A stretch of 29,402 nt of DNA from Leptospirales bacterium (GCA_040326155.1 JBEQLE010000056.1:1-29402), one strand, 5' to 3'. Shown: positions 16,940-26,305, numbered from the stretch's first letter. Numbers and translations: made by a program. Notes: a model not told the origin generated them from the letters alone.

Positions 16940-18061
16940 GTGGCCAAAAAGAAAATTGTAATTTATTCGGCTTTAATCGTAATTATAGCGGTAGTATCGC
17001 TGGTTTGGGTGAATGTGTGTTCATGTGAGAAACCGGCTTATGATCATGTGGTTATCGTCGTTGGGGAAAACCATGCCTATGAACAGATCATCGGATCTTC
17101 TGATGCTCCATACATTAACAATATACTCATTAAAGAAGGTGTGTTAATTGAGAACGCTTATGGGGAGCAACACCCGAGTCAGCCTAATTATTATTGGCTA
17201 TTCTCTGGAAGCAACCAGGGCATAACCACAGATAGTCCATACTGGCCGTCAGGTTCACCCGGTCCTGTTTTCGAAACCGACAATTTATACACTGCTCTTG
17301 AAAAGAGTTCTTCTTGTTCAAAGTCGGAAACCTCGAATTTTTTTGGCGGTTATGTGGACTCCGGAACAGATACACCGGTCGCAGATTATTATAAAAACAC
17401 GCCTAATTATGGAAACAAACACGTTCCCTGGCTGGGCTTTAAAAACATTAACGATGGTGACCCTGCGGGAATTACGCGGGACTTCGGAACAACTTTTCCT
17501 TCCGGTCCCGAAGCGGATTTTTCGAAATTGCCAAAGGTTTCGTTTGTCATTCCTGCATTGAATCACGATATGCATGATTTTAATAGTAATGGCGGTTATG
17601 TGGACAACCCAGAGAAATCTTCCATCGCCATAAAAAATGGCGACACATGGTTACAGCAAAATATAAACGCGTATGCAGAGTGGGCGAAAACTCATAACAG
17701 TCTGCTCATTGTGACTTTTGATGAAGACTCTTCCTCCGATTGGGAAACACCTGTAGACCAGGGCGGCGGCGGACTAAATGGCGGTACGAATCGGCATGGT
17801 ATGACATCTCCAAAATTGAAATTTAATCCCGTTGGACGAAATAGTGATAGTGGGCCGAACCACATTGTTATGATCTTTTATGGCGCCAACCTGTCGAAAA
17901 AGGGTTTGTATACCGTGCCCGGCGCAGGTGTAAACAATGTGAACCTTTTGCGTACGATAGAATCTTTCTACGGTTTACGTAAAAGTGGAGCGCAGACACC
18001 GTTGGCCATAGAAGCCGGCATGAACGATGGTGCGATTGAAGGAATTTTCGTTGATCGTTGA
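16940..18061 (+). CDS. Phosphoesterase / acid phosphatase family protein (exported)
   Basis: DHVVIVVGENH, HPSQPNY..LFSG, KHVPW, P.VSFVIP...HDMHD, GD.WL, TFDED, LLRTIE..YGL; GTG start with AAGGAG. Confidence 0.9.
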   Translation: MAKKKIVIYSALIVIIAVVSLVWVNVCSCEKPAYDHVVIVVGENHAYEQIIGSSDAPYINNILIKEGVLIENAYGEQHPSQPNYYWLFSGSNQGITTDSPYWPSGSPGPVFETDNLYTALEKSSSCSKSETSNFFGGYVDSGTDTPVADYYKNTPNYGNKHVPWLGFKNINDGDPAGITRDFGTTFPSGPEADFSKLPKVSFVIPALNHDMHDFNSNGGYVDNPEKSSIAIKNGDTWLQQNINAYAEWAKTHNSLLIVTFDEDSSSDWETPVDQGGGGLNGGTNRHGMTSPKLKFNPVGRNSDSGPNHIVMIFYGANLSKKGLYTVPGAGVNNVNLLRTIESFYGLRKSGAQTPLAIEAGMNDGAIEGIFVDR

Positions 18062-18109
18062 GTAATGAAAATTGAATTAAATACAAAACTGTAAAGTTCG
18101 TAAATTAAG

Positions 18110-18193
18110 ATAAGCTTTCGCCTCGGAGTTTACGCTATGACGGAAACGTTAATCTGCGTAACTTCCGGGGTTGAAGAAAAATGTTGTATGCCG
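18110..18193 (-). repeat. Hairpin with an attC-like left half
   Basis: Minus strand: CGGCATACAAC-ATTTTTC-TTCAAC-CCCGGA, then a ~15-bp stem (18121-18170); right core site degenerate. Confidence 0.4.
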
Positions 18194-18282
18194 GCTAGTT
18201 GGAATTTACAACAAATTTAAAACGATGTCGTAAATCGTTCATATAGGATTTTTGCATATGTTTTTCATGGTGCATACGTCCT

Positions 18283-18360
18283 ATGACAACGACCTGGTAA
18301 CATTTGAAGCACGGCCATATTATCTGATGCACTGATATCATCGAGCCTGGTTAAAATGCG
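18283..18360 (-). pseudogene. HigB-like toxin gene fragment
   Basis: Translates RILTRLDDISASDNMAVLQMLPGRCH, resembling the RL..L.A......LPGRCH core of HigB killer proteins. Confidence 0.5.
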
Positions 18361-18696
18361 CGGTAAATTTGGTGGATACTTTCAATGCTTCAAACAGCAT
18401 TACTCTCAGCAATTATTTTCCGTGGGCGGTGAATGGATCCATTTTCACTGATATAGAAGGCTTTATTCTTTTTCGCAGGTAACCACGACAGAAGCCGGTT
18501 AGAAGCTTTACCTTATAATCGGGAATGCTCTGCCATTGGAATCCGGGTAAAACACTCGGATTCCATCACCAACTCCCATTCAAATTGAGGCGATTACGGC
18601 GGCACTTATTGAAAGTACAATGTCGACTCGTCCAGAAGTTGGGTTAAGCAGAGTTTAAAATTACCATTTCGGAAATATACTTGCGTATTCTGTCCT

Positions 18697-19017
18697 TTAC
18701 GGTTTCAGATTAAATGAATCGCTTGTATTCGGGCAGGTCGCGCCGACAGTAAAGGTAACAGAATTAACTGTGTAGTCTTTAAAAGTGGTTAATTTCTGAG
18801 CAAATTGTTCACAAACAGTATTAGATGCAGTGCTTTTTTGTATGCTCCCGTTTACATCCTGATTAGTTACATACTCAATGGCGCAACAGCCGGATTTTTG
18901 TTCTGTGTTTTCAGCTGATAATTCTGGTGTAAAGGTTACGACCAGTAATACAAGAGAAATTACATTTATTGCGATACCGAATATAAAATTTTTAGCTTTT
19001 TTGTTATTCATTTTCAT
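18697..19017 (-). CDS. Small secreted cysteine-containing protein
   Basis: AAGGAG RBS, signal peptide, four Cys (GCC..C..GATC). Confidence 0.7.
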   Translation of the reverse strand: MKMNNKKAKNFIFGIAINVISLVLLVVTFTPELSAENTEQKSGCCAIEYVTNQDVNGSIQKSTASNTVCEQFAQKLTTFKDYTVNSVTFTVGATCPNTSDSFNLKP

Positions 19018-19034
19018 CTCCTTAAAATGTTAAT

Positions 19035-19511
19035 TTATTTTGCTTCAATATTCATCGTATAGTTTGTATCTCCCCAGGCAATTTCAGAGGTGACAACTAT
19101 ATATCGGGTAACATTTTTACTATCTACGGTCCATGTTAATGTTTCGGAATTGCTAGCAGCACTTAACCCAAAATCGTAGGCAGTACCTGTTGAGTCTTGC
19201 ACTACCAGATCTAAAGCATCGTCTCCCGATGACCATGTCACAGTGAAGGTTATCGTGGATGCATCACCTGTATTGAATGAGAATATATCAACTGCAAGAA
19301 TGCCAATATATCCGGTTACCTTGGATGTACAAGTTGCATTTAAATCACCAATCGAATCTGCGTTTGAAAAGGTTTCGTTTGGTTCGCTTTCCGATAAACT
19401 ACTATTACCACAGGCAACTTCTTCCTCGTTTGCACAATTCACCACTGTCAGGCTGATTAGCACTATAAGTGTGCAAAAAAGTGTAACTATTCTTTTGTTT
19501 ATATATCTCAC
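19035..19511 (-). CDS. Lipoprotein with a PPC-like beta-sandwich domain
   Basis: AAGGAGG RBS and GTG start, lipobox-like VVNC, ESEPNET..NA, DIFSF, DL.V, Y.M.I. Confidence 0.75.
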   Translation of the reverse strand: MRYINKRIVTLFCTLIVLISLTVVNCANEEEVACGNSSLSESEPNETFSNADSIGDLNATCTSKVTGYIGILAVDIFSFNTGDASTITFTVTWSSGDDALDLVVQDSTGTAYDFGLSAASNSETLTWTVDSKNVTRYIVVTSEIAWGDTNYTMNIEAK

Positions 19512-19616
19512 AACGTCCTCCTTAGACTTTATTAAGGCAAAATTGATGACTAAAACTTTAAGTCAAGTAATTTTAAATGAATTTTGTTTTAATAAAACTG
19601 GTTGGATATGGCAGCG

Positions 19617-19697
19617 TTATAGGCTTTTTACGTAATTCAAGCCTCTCTGCGAATGCAGTAATTCAGAAAACTATGCCAAGCGGAGCCGGACAATGCA
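19617..19697 (+). repeat. 81-bp direct repeat, copy 1
   Basis: 78/81 identical to 21089-21169. Confidence 0.95.
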
Positions 19698-19829
19698 AAA
19701 GGCGGAGTGAAGACATACTTCATCTAGTGCCTTTATTATTTTACCTGATTTGTAAGAAAATTTGCCTAGTTCTCTGCTTAGATTTAAGAAAGCGAAGGTC
19801 CACATATTCGATAAACAAGCCCCTGAAAT

Positions 19830-20363
19830 ATGGCAAATATCGACAATAATACGCGGGGAAAAGAGATAAAGAGTAATATCACAGATAATGAAAGTGGGCA
19901 ACTCAAATCCAACGGAGGTTGGGTCCAAGGATATAATGGAATGGCCATGGTTGATGCGAAGTCCCAGGTGATCACGTATGGTGAAGCTTTCGGAGGCAAT
20001 AATGAAGGGCAGTATTTCAGAAAATTCATGGATAACGCAAAGTTAGCTCTGCCGAAAAAACTTCGAGGAAAGAAATTTCTGAAAAAAGGAACCTTGCTCG
20101 CAGACACAGCGTTTTTCAGCGAGGATAATTTAAAATACTTTGCCGATGAAAAAATGGATGTCTGCATTCCCGATCACAATTTTCGAAAACGCGACCTAAG
20201 ATTTGTCACAGCAGATCGTCATAAAGATGACGGTAAAAAAACAAGATATACGGTAGAAGATTTTGAGTATAACAAGAAAGAAAAGAGTTACATTTGCCCG
20301 AATGGAGTTGTCTTAAAGTACAAAGGAGAAATTTATGTAGATAGAAGTACATTTCTCTGTTGA
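19830..20363 (+). mobile_element. IS1182-family transposase internal fragment (truncated at both ends)
   Basis: KSNITDNES, QGYN..A.VD...Q.I, ADTAFFSE.NL, F..RD.RF, DF.Y......YICPNG..L. Confidence 0.85.
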
Positions 20364-20390
20364 TGAAATAGAAATGTTCGGAATGCTGAT

Positions 20391-20735
20391 TTATTCTTTA
20401 TCATGAAGTATTTGAGTTACTGTATTTCTTAAATTTGGAAGTTTATTTTGCACTATCTCCCAAATAATTGCATCATCTATTTCAGAGTAGCCATGAATTA
20501 GCATATCTCTCAATCCGGCGATCTTACGCCATTCAGTTTTCGTATACTCTTCTCTGAGTGATTCTGGTAGTTTTTTTACAGCTTCACCGATAATTTCTAG
20601 ATTTCTTTCTACAGCCCGTATGGTCTTTTTATCGGCAGAGTAATCTGTAAAAGAGTTTATGTCCTTAATGTAAATATCGATTTCCTCTAGAGAGGCAAGT
20701 ATATCATTTAAGTATACAACATAATTAAGCTGCAT
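20391..20735 (-). CDS. hepT: HEPN (DUF86) RNase toxin, HepT type
   Basis: AVERNLEIIGEA, W..IAGLRDMLIHGY (RX4HXY), IIWE. Confidence 0.92.
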   Translation of the reverse strand: MQLNYVVYLNDILASLEEIDIYIKDINSFTDYSADKKTIRAVERNLEIIGEAVKKLPESLREEYTKTEWRKIAGLRDMLIHGYSEIDDAIIWEIVQNKLPNLRNTVTQILHDKE

Positions 20736-21018
20736 AAATAACTTCTTTTAGTATATTCTCTTTTAGAATTGGCTTTATATTCTCCATAATAACCAAATCG
20801 ATTTTGAGAAGAAATAAATCTTCCAGAAAAATTTTCGCATCCATGTAATTATCAAAACTTTTTTTCCCTGGTGAAAATTCTATTAATATATCCAAATCAC
20901 TCGTATCGGTAATTTCATTCCTGGCGCCAGAACCGAACAATCCAATTCTTATAATCCCAAATTTACGGAATACACTCATATTATCTGTTAATTTCTCTAT
21001 GATCTGTTCGCTTTTCAT
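20725..21018 (-). CDS. mntA: Minimal nucleotidyltransferase antitoxin, MntA type
   Basis: LFGSGARNEITDTSDLDIL (GSX10DXD), IDLV; overlaps the HEPN gene. Confidence 0.92.
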   Translation of the reverse strand: MKSEQIIEKLTDNMSVFRKFGIIRIGLFGSGARNEITDTSDLDILIEFSPGKKSFDNYMDAKIFLEDLFLLKIDLVIMENIKPILKENILKEVIYAA

Positions 21019-21088
21019 TGAATGAATAGTACCATATTTCAGCTTAGGCGGGCAATTATTTTTTTAATCCTATATTACTGCCCCCAGT

Positions 21089-21169
21089 TTATAGACTTTT
21101 TGCGTAATTCAAGCCTCTCTGCGAATGCAGTAATTCAGAAAACTATGTCAAGCGGAGCCGGACAATGCA
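21089..21169 (+). repeat. 81-bp direct repeat, copy 2
   Basis: 78/81 identical to 19617-19697; period 1472 bp. Confidence 0.95.
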
Positions 21170-21287
21170 TTTTGATCTGGTGCGGGGCACTTTCGTCCGA
21201 CCTCCCATTCGTCTCCATTTGTCTTGACAATGTGTCATTTTTTCAAAAATTTACCTTGTAGAAATTTTTATTAACCGGATAATTTGT

Positions 21288-23036
21288 ATGGAAAAAGAAG
21301 CCAGAAAAAAAACAAGCGCCAAAGTTATGATCGACCTTTTGAAGAAAAATGGTGTGGATGTTTGCTGGGGTTATCCCGGTGGGGCGATATTGCCGTTTTA
21401 TGATGAAATGTATCATTCGGATATTCATCATGTTCTGGTGCGCCATGAGCAGGCTGCGGCTTTTGCTGCGAACGGTTTTGCGCGTGCGACGGGTAAACTC
21501 GGCGTTGCTATTTCCACTTCAGGTCCGGGGGCTACGAATCTTTTTACCGGTATAGCCGACGCGAAAATTGATTCTATACCTGTGCTTTTTATAACCGGTC
21601 AGGTTGGCACAAAAGATATTGGTACCGACGCTTTTCAAGAGAGCGATACGTATGGTATGAGTATTTCTGTTACTAAATATAATGCATTAATTAAAGACCC
21701 CGATGATGTTGCACGAATTACCCAGGAGGCGATTTCGGTTGCGCTTGCGCGTCGCCAGGGCGCGACCCTGATTGATTTTCCTAAAGATGTTCAAGCCGCC
21801 GTTACGGAGGTTGAAGAACCGGGAGAATTTCAAATTGAAGAGTATCATTATAAGAATCCCCCTGTTACAGGAGATCTTGATCGCTTAATTGACGCTCTAA
21901 ATCGGTCGACCCGACCTCTGCTTTATGTTGGCGGTGGTGTTATTTCGGCTGAAGTTTCAAGCGAGCTTCGCGAGATCGTTGAAAAGGCGAATATTCCCGT
22001 TACCTCGACATTAATGGGTCTGGGAGCTTTTCCCGGTCAGCATGATCTCTTTGTAGGCATGTTGGGTATGCATGGCACGGGTTATGCCAACAAAGCCGTT
22101 ATGGAGTGTGACTTAATTGTTTCTTTAGGCGCTCGTTTTGATGATCGTGTTGCCGGTGATGCCAAAGAGTTTGCTTCGCAGGCTATTCGCGCGCAGGTAG
22201 AAATTGACCCCGCAGAAATTGAAAAGCGGGTTCATGTCGACCTTCATGTTCAGGGTAACCTTGCTGAAATTATGCCATTGTTAAATAAAGGTATAAAAAA
22301 AGCGGGCAGAGAAGAGTGGGTAAAACGTATTCAAACTTTAAAAGAAGAGAACCCGCTTGTTTTTAACCGCGTAGAAGGAAAAATTAAACCCCAGTATTTT
22401 ATACATCGTTTATCGGAAAGAACAAACGGGAATGCAGTTGTAGCCACCGATGTCGGCCAGCACCAGATGTGGGCGGCTCAATTTTACGCCGTGAACAAAC
22501 CCAGAAACTGGTTAACCTCGGGAGGCCTGGGGGCCATGGGTTTTGGTCTTCCCGCAGCGCTTGGCGCTAAAATGGGACGACCGGACGACGATGTTTACCT
22601 GATTACCGGCGACGGCTCTATTCAAATGAATATTCAAGAGTTGGCGACGCTTAAAATGTATAATATTCCAGTTAAGATTATACTATTTCATAATGGGTTT
22701 TTAGGTATGGTTCGCCAGTGGCAGGAACTTTTTTATGGAGCGAGATACTCTTCGTCTGTTCTAACGGATGTTAACCCTGACTTTATGAAAGTTGCCGAGG
22801 GGTATGGTATTGCCTCGAAAAAAATCTCTAAAGCCGATGAAATTGAAGCCGGACTCGATTTTCTAATCGATTCGAAAGAGGCTTGTCTGTTAGAGGTCAT
22901 GATTCCTGCGAGTGAAAAAGTTTATCCGATGATTCCTTCCGGGCATAAATATGAAGATATGATAGCATTTGACCCAAAATCGGAAGAGGGTGAACCCTTT
23001 TCTGTTATACCGCATAAGTCGGGAGGTGGAAAATGA
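21288..23036 (+). CDS. ilvB: Acetolactate synthase large subunit
   Basis: GYPGGAILP, RHEQ, TSGPGATN, GMLGMHG, RFDDRV, DVGQHQMW, GDGS ThDP motif, LGMVRQWQ. Confidence 0.97.
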   Translation: MEKEARKKTSAKVMIDLLKKNGVDVCWGYPGGAILPFYDEMYHSDIHHVLVRHEQAAAFAANGFARATGKLGVAISTSGPGATNLFTGIADAKIDSIPVLFITGQVGTKDIGTDAFQESDTYGMSISVTKYNALIKDPDDVARITQEAISVALARRQGATLIDFPKDVQAAVTEVEEPGEFQIEEYHYKNPPVTGDLDRLIDALNRSTRPLLYVGGGVISAEVSSELREIVEKANIPVTSTLMGLGAFPGQHDLFVGMLGMHGTGYANKAVMECDLIVSLGARFDDRVAGDAKEFASQAIRAQVEIDPAEIEKRVHVDLHVQGNLAEIMPLLNKGIKKAGREEWVKRIQTLKEENPLVFNRVEGKIKPQYFIHRLSERTNGNAVVATDVGQHQMWAAQFYAVNKPRNWLTSGGLGAMGFGLPAALGAKMGRPDDDVYLITGDGSIQMNIQELATLKMYNIPVKIILFHNGFLGMVRQWQELFYGARYSSSVLTDVNPDFMKVAEGYGIASKKISKADEIEAGLDFLIDSKEACLLEVMIPASEKVYPMIPSGHKYEDMIAFDPKSEEGEPFSVIPHKSGGGK

Positions 23037-23521
23037 AACACATTTTATCTGTACTTGTAAATAACTCTTCCGGTGTTTTAAGTCATGTCACCAGTCTTTT
23101 TACTCGCCGTGGATATAATATCGATTCTCTTTCAGTCGCTGAAACTGAGAATAAAGGCAGATCGATTATTACAATGGTCGTCAATGAAGAAAAGAGCATG
23201 ATTGCGCAAATAGAGAAACAACTCTATAAGCTAATGGATGTTATTTCTATAGAAAACTTATCAAACCGGGATTCTCTCGAAAGAGAGCTTGTTTTAATTA
23301 CAGTGAAAGTTGTCCGTGAAAAACGAGAAGAGATTCTGAGTCTGGTTGATCTGTTTAAAGCGCACATTGTAGATATGAGTGAAGAGGCTGTTTTAATGGA
23401 GCTTGTTGGTAACCCACGAAGAGTTCGTTCTTTTATCAGGGCGTTGTCTGAATATGGAATTATCCGTATGGCTCGAACCGGAACGGTGTCTCTTCCTTTC
23501 CCTTCGGCGGAGGATGAGTAA
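23033..23521 (+). CDS. ilvN: Acetolactate synthase small subunit
   Basis: LSVLV.N..GVL..V..LF.RRGYNIDSL, QL.KL.DV, ERELVL, ARTG; ATGA overlap with ilvB. Confidence 0.95.
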   Translation: MKHILSVLVNNSSGVLSHVTSLFTRRGYNIDSLSVAETENKGRSIITMVVNEEKSMIAQIEKQLYKLMDVISIENLSNRDSLERELVLITVKVVREKREEILSLVDLFKAHIVDMSEEAVLMELVGNPRRVRSFIRALSEYGIIRMARTGTVSLPFPSAEDE

Positions 23522-24626
23522 AGTGTGTACTCGATTCTTTCGTCTAATTTCCATTATTTTTATTGCATCGCTCTCGGTTTTTTGCTCCAAAACTCCTGAA
23601 GAGCTGGTTAAACTCGGGCAGGACTCACTCGCGAATGAAGATCCGGTTGGCGCTCAAAAGTACTTTATGCAGGCTTATGAAGTTTCTTTGCCTGATGAGT
23701 ATTATTTTTTTGATAGAGACGAGAATTATGAGAGTTTAACCGCGTCGGCCAATGGAAACGTTTTATTAGCGATTCAAAAGAATGAAACGAAAAAACACAG
23801 CACTCTTTCTTTATATAATACGATGGAAGATGAGACCTGGACGAAAACCGTACCGGAAATTGTCGACAACGTTGCTCTTTCCCCTTCGGGTAACTATATG
23901 GCGGTATCGTCTTTTGTTGAAGAGGGTTTATGCAGTATCAGTTTATGGTCTGTTACAGAGCACGAGAAAATCCCTTTTTCAGCAACCATCAGATGTCCAG
24001 ACAGTCCGGGAATATCGGACGCTGGCCGACTGTTTTTTACGTATGAAGGTAAAGTCGGTGTGTTTGATATTTCCACCCAAAAGTTAAACCGAGATTATCT
24101 AAAGAAGACACCCGACCTCCCGGTGAAAGGTATGCCGGCATGGTCAAAAATTCAGCTTTCGCCTGATAATGTTCCCTTTATGACATATGGTTCGGCTGGT
24201 GTTTACAAGCTTTACTCGCTCTCCGGCGGCGAATTGAAACTTATTTTTAAAGAAGCAACTACCGGAAAAATTTTTTTTAAACCATCTGGACGTGTTTTAG
24301 GAGTAATTACCGGCGGGGCTAACAACCACTCCATCGCTTTTTTTACTTTTGACGGTGTTGCCGCCGAAAAATACCCTGTTCGTCTCTGGAAGGACGCAGC
24401 TTTTCTACATAGTTCGAAATATTATTTTATTGAAGGCGCCCGGGTTTATTCATACAATCAGAAAAAAGAACAGGAACTTCCTTTCTTTGGTTCTCACCTT
24501 TACACAACCGGAGCAGGCGAGATTGCCATTTTTGAAGCTCCCGGCAAGGTTTATCGGTTTTTTGGAAAAATGCCAGATACAAGAACTCTCGACAATTTTC
24601 AACTTGTTGCGGATATTAAAGATTAA
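23514..24626 (+). CDS. Lipoprotein with an N-terminal TPR-like helix pair and beta-propeller-like body (start reassigned to 23514)
   Basis: GGAGG/ATG at 23514 overlapping the ilvN end, lipobox-like SVFC, repeated (L/I)SP.G-type blades. Confidence 0.7.
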   Translation: MSKVCTRFFRLISIIFIASLSVFCSKTPEELVKLGQDSLANEDPVGAQKYFMQAYEVSLPDEYYFFDRDENYESLTASANGNVLLAIQKNETKKHSTLSLYNTMEDETWTKTVPEIVDNVALSPSGNYMAVSSFVEEGLCSISLWSVTEHEKIPFSATIRCPDSPGISDAGRLFFTYEGKVGVFDISTQKLNRDYLKKTPDLPVKGMPAWSKIQLSPDNVPFMTYGSAGVYKLYSLSGGELKLIFKEATTGKIFFKPSGRVLGVITGGANNHSIAFFTFDGVAAEKYPVRLWKDAAFLHSSKYYFIEGARVYSYNQKKEQELPFFGSHLYTTGAGEIAIFEAPGKVYRFFGKMPDTRTLDNFQLVADIKD

Positions 24627-24808
24627 TACCCGTCTTAAAGTTGTAAAATTTAATGATATTCATATTGGAACTACAAAAATGGAACTTTTAGCTTGACAGC
24701 TTCATTTACACTGGGAATTTGTTTTGTATACATTACGCGTGGTACTTAAAGAGGTACGTTTTAGCGCAACAGTAAATCTAATAATATTAAAATAAACGAG
24801 GCATTTAA

Positions 24809-25216
24809 ATGGCACAATGGATTACCTGGACAAACGAACTGGCATTAGGCATTGATGAGATTGACGAACAACATAAAGTATTGGTCGAAATCTTAAACGA
24901 TGTATATGCAGCAATCAACTCGGGCAACCGGGATGAAAAGAAATTAAAGAAAATTATCGATGGTATGTTACGCTATGTTAATTTTCATTTTGTAACCGAA
25001 GAAATGAAAATGATTAAAACGAATTATACAGATTATAAGCATCACAAAGCTGAACACGACTCCTTCGTGGAAAAAGCCCTCGAATTTCAAGCTGCCTTCC
25101 GAGAAGGAGCAACGAATCTACCCGAAGAGATGATGGACTTTTTAAAGGATTGGTTGATTAACCATATACAGGGAACAGACCGAGAGTATGTTCCTTATTT
25201 TACCCGAAAAAGTTAA
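24809..25216 (+). CDS. Bacteriohemerythrin
   Basis: W....G...ID.QH, HF..EE, H...H, W...HI...D di-iron ligands. Confidence 0.95.
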   Translation: MAQWITWTNELALGIDEIDEQHKVLVEILNDVYAAINSGNRDEKKLKKIIDGMLRYVNFHFVTEEMKMIKTNYTDYKHHKAEHDSFVEKALEFQAAFREGATNLPEEMMDFLKDWLINHIQGTDREYVPYFTRKS

Positions 25217-25263
25217 AGAAAAGTTAAAATCATTTGATGTCGGGGTCGATGTCAGTGGGAGTT

Positions 25264-25668
25264 TTATTGGATGCCTTTTTCGTTAAAAAAGCCGCTGTAT
25301 TTCTTGTCGGTGTTTAATATATGGTTTGTAAGCCAATCTTTTAAAAAATAGAGAACCTGGATGTTAATTAAGTTAGAATTTGTTTCAAACTTTTCTCGCA
25401 ACCTATTAATCTCTTTTATAAATTTTGAGTGTTCCGCCGCATGATCATCGTAATATGGAAACTCGTTTTTTTTCATTAACTCTTCTTCTTCAGAAAAGTG
25501 TTTTTCAGTATAGTTTGATAGTTGATCTAAAACAGAGGCGACTACTTCCATTTTCTTTTCGGATTGCATATTTTCATGAATTTCATTTATCAACGCAATT
25601 AAATCTTTATGAGCATCGTCAAAAGATTTAACTTTTACTGAATATGAATTTTTCCAGGTGAGTAACAC
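25264..25668 (-). CDS. Bacteriohemerythrin
   Basis: W...YSV....D..H, HFSEEE, H...H, WL.NHI...D; GTG start. Confidence 0.93.
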   Translation of the reverse strand: MLLTWKNSYSVKVKSFDDAHKDLIALINEIHENMQSEKKMEVVASVLDQLSNYTEKHFSEEEELMKKNEFPYYDDHAAEHSKFIKEINRLREKFETNSNLINIQVLYFLKDWLTNHILNTDKKYSGFFNEKGIQ

Positions 25669-25741
25669 AGTTCGCTCTACTATACTTTTTTAATCGAGGG
25701 AATTTGAATATTTCGAAGCAGGTTTGTCAATTGTTTTTCCA

Positions 25742-26305
25742 CTAACCTTTTGTTCCATTTTGCCGTCCCCAGTATTTGAGCAAACCAGTATATTGGCTGT
25801 CCGGATAGCGGTGATAAAACAAGTTTACAAGGAATTCGACATTTTTATCCGCTTTGCGTTTATTCTTTTGGTAGTAGGCCTGTATTAAAGCCATGTGAGA
25901 TCTCTGTTTTGTATCTTCATTGATGTTGGTCGTATTCTTTTTCAGAGTTAACTCTTTCAATATAATGATGGCCTCTTCATTGCGATCCTGCCCTAAAAAG
26001 GCCAGTCCCTGGTTTAACTTTAACTTGCTACCAACATTGTTGTTTTGTTGCTGTTCCAGCCCTTTCATAGTAGCCCACAATGCCTCATTAAATCGTTCCG
26101 CCAACAGGGCCGACTCCGAATATTGCAAATACGCTTCTGGTAGAATTCGACATTGACGCTCCATGGAGCGAAGCCCGTAATAGACCTTCTTCAGGTTTTT
26201 CTCTTTTGTCAACGAATCCGTATTACAACTGCTCTGGCCCCGAACGCTCGGCGCAACTGCCAGACAAAGAGTTAGAATACAAGATACAATCCAAAAGGAC
26301 TTCAT
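25742..26305 (-). CDS. Exported TPR-like protein
   Basis: Signal peptide, helical TPR-like pairs, terminal YPDS.Y motif. Confidence 0.7.
   Translation of the reverse strand: MKSFWIVSCILTLCLAVAPSVRGQSSCNTDSLTKEKNLKKVYYGLRSMERQCRILPEAYLQYSESALLAERFNEALWATMKGLEQQQNNNVGSKLKLNQGLAFLGQDRNEEAIIILKELTLKKNTTNINEDTKQRSHMALIQAYYQKNKRKADKNVEFLVNLFYHRYPDSQYTGLLKYWGRQNGTKG

Noticed and set aside
19577..19849. 90-aa ORF and its look-alike at 21022-21261
   Set aside because: Their shared peptide is only the translation of the 81-bp repeat; no RBS or domain.
23403..23513. Upstream extension of the 407-aa ORF
   Set aside because: Overlaps ilvN; the lipoprotein signal begins at ATG 23514.
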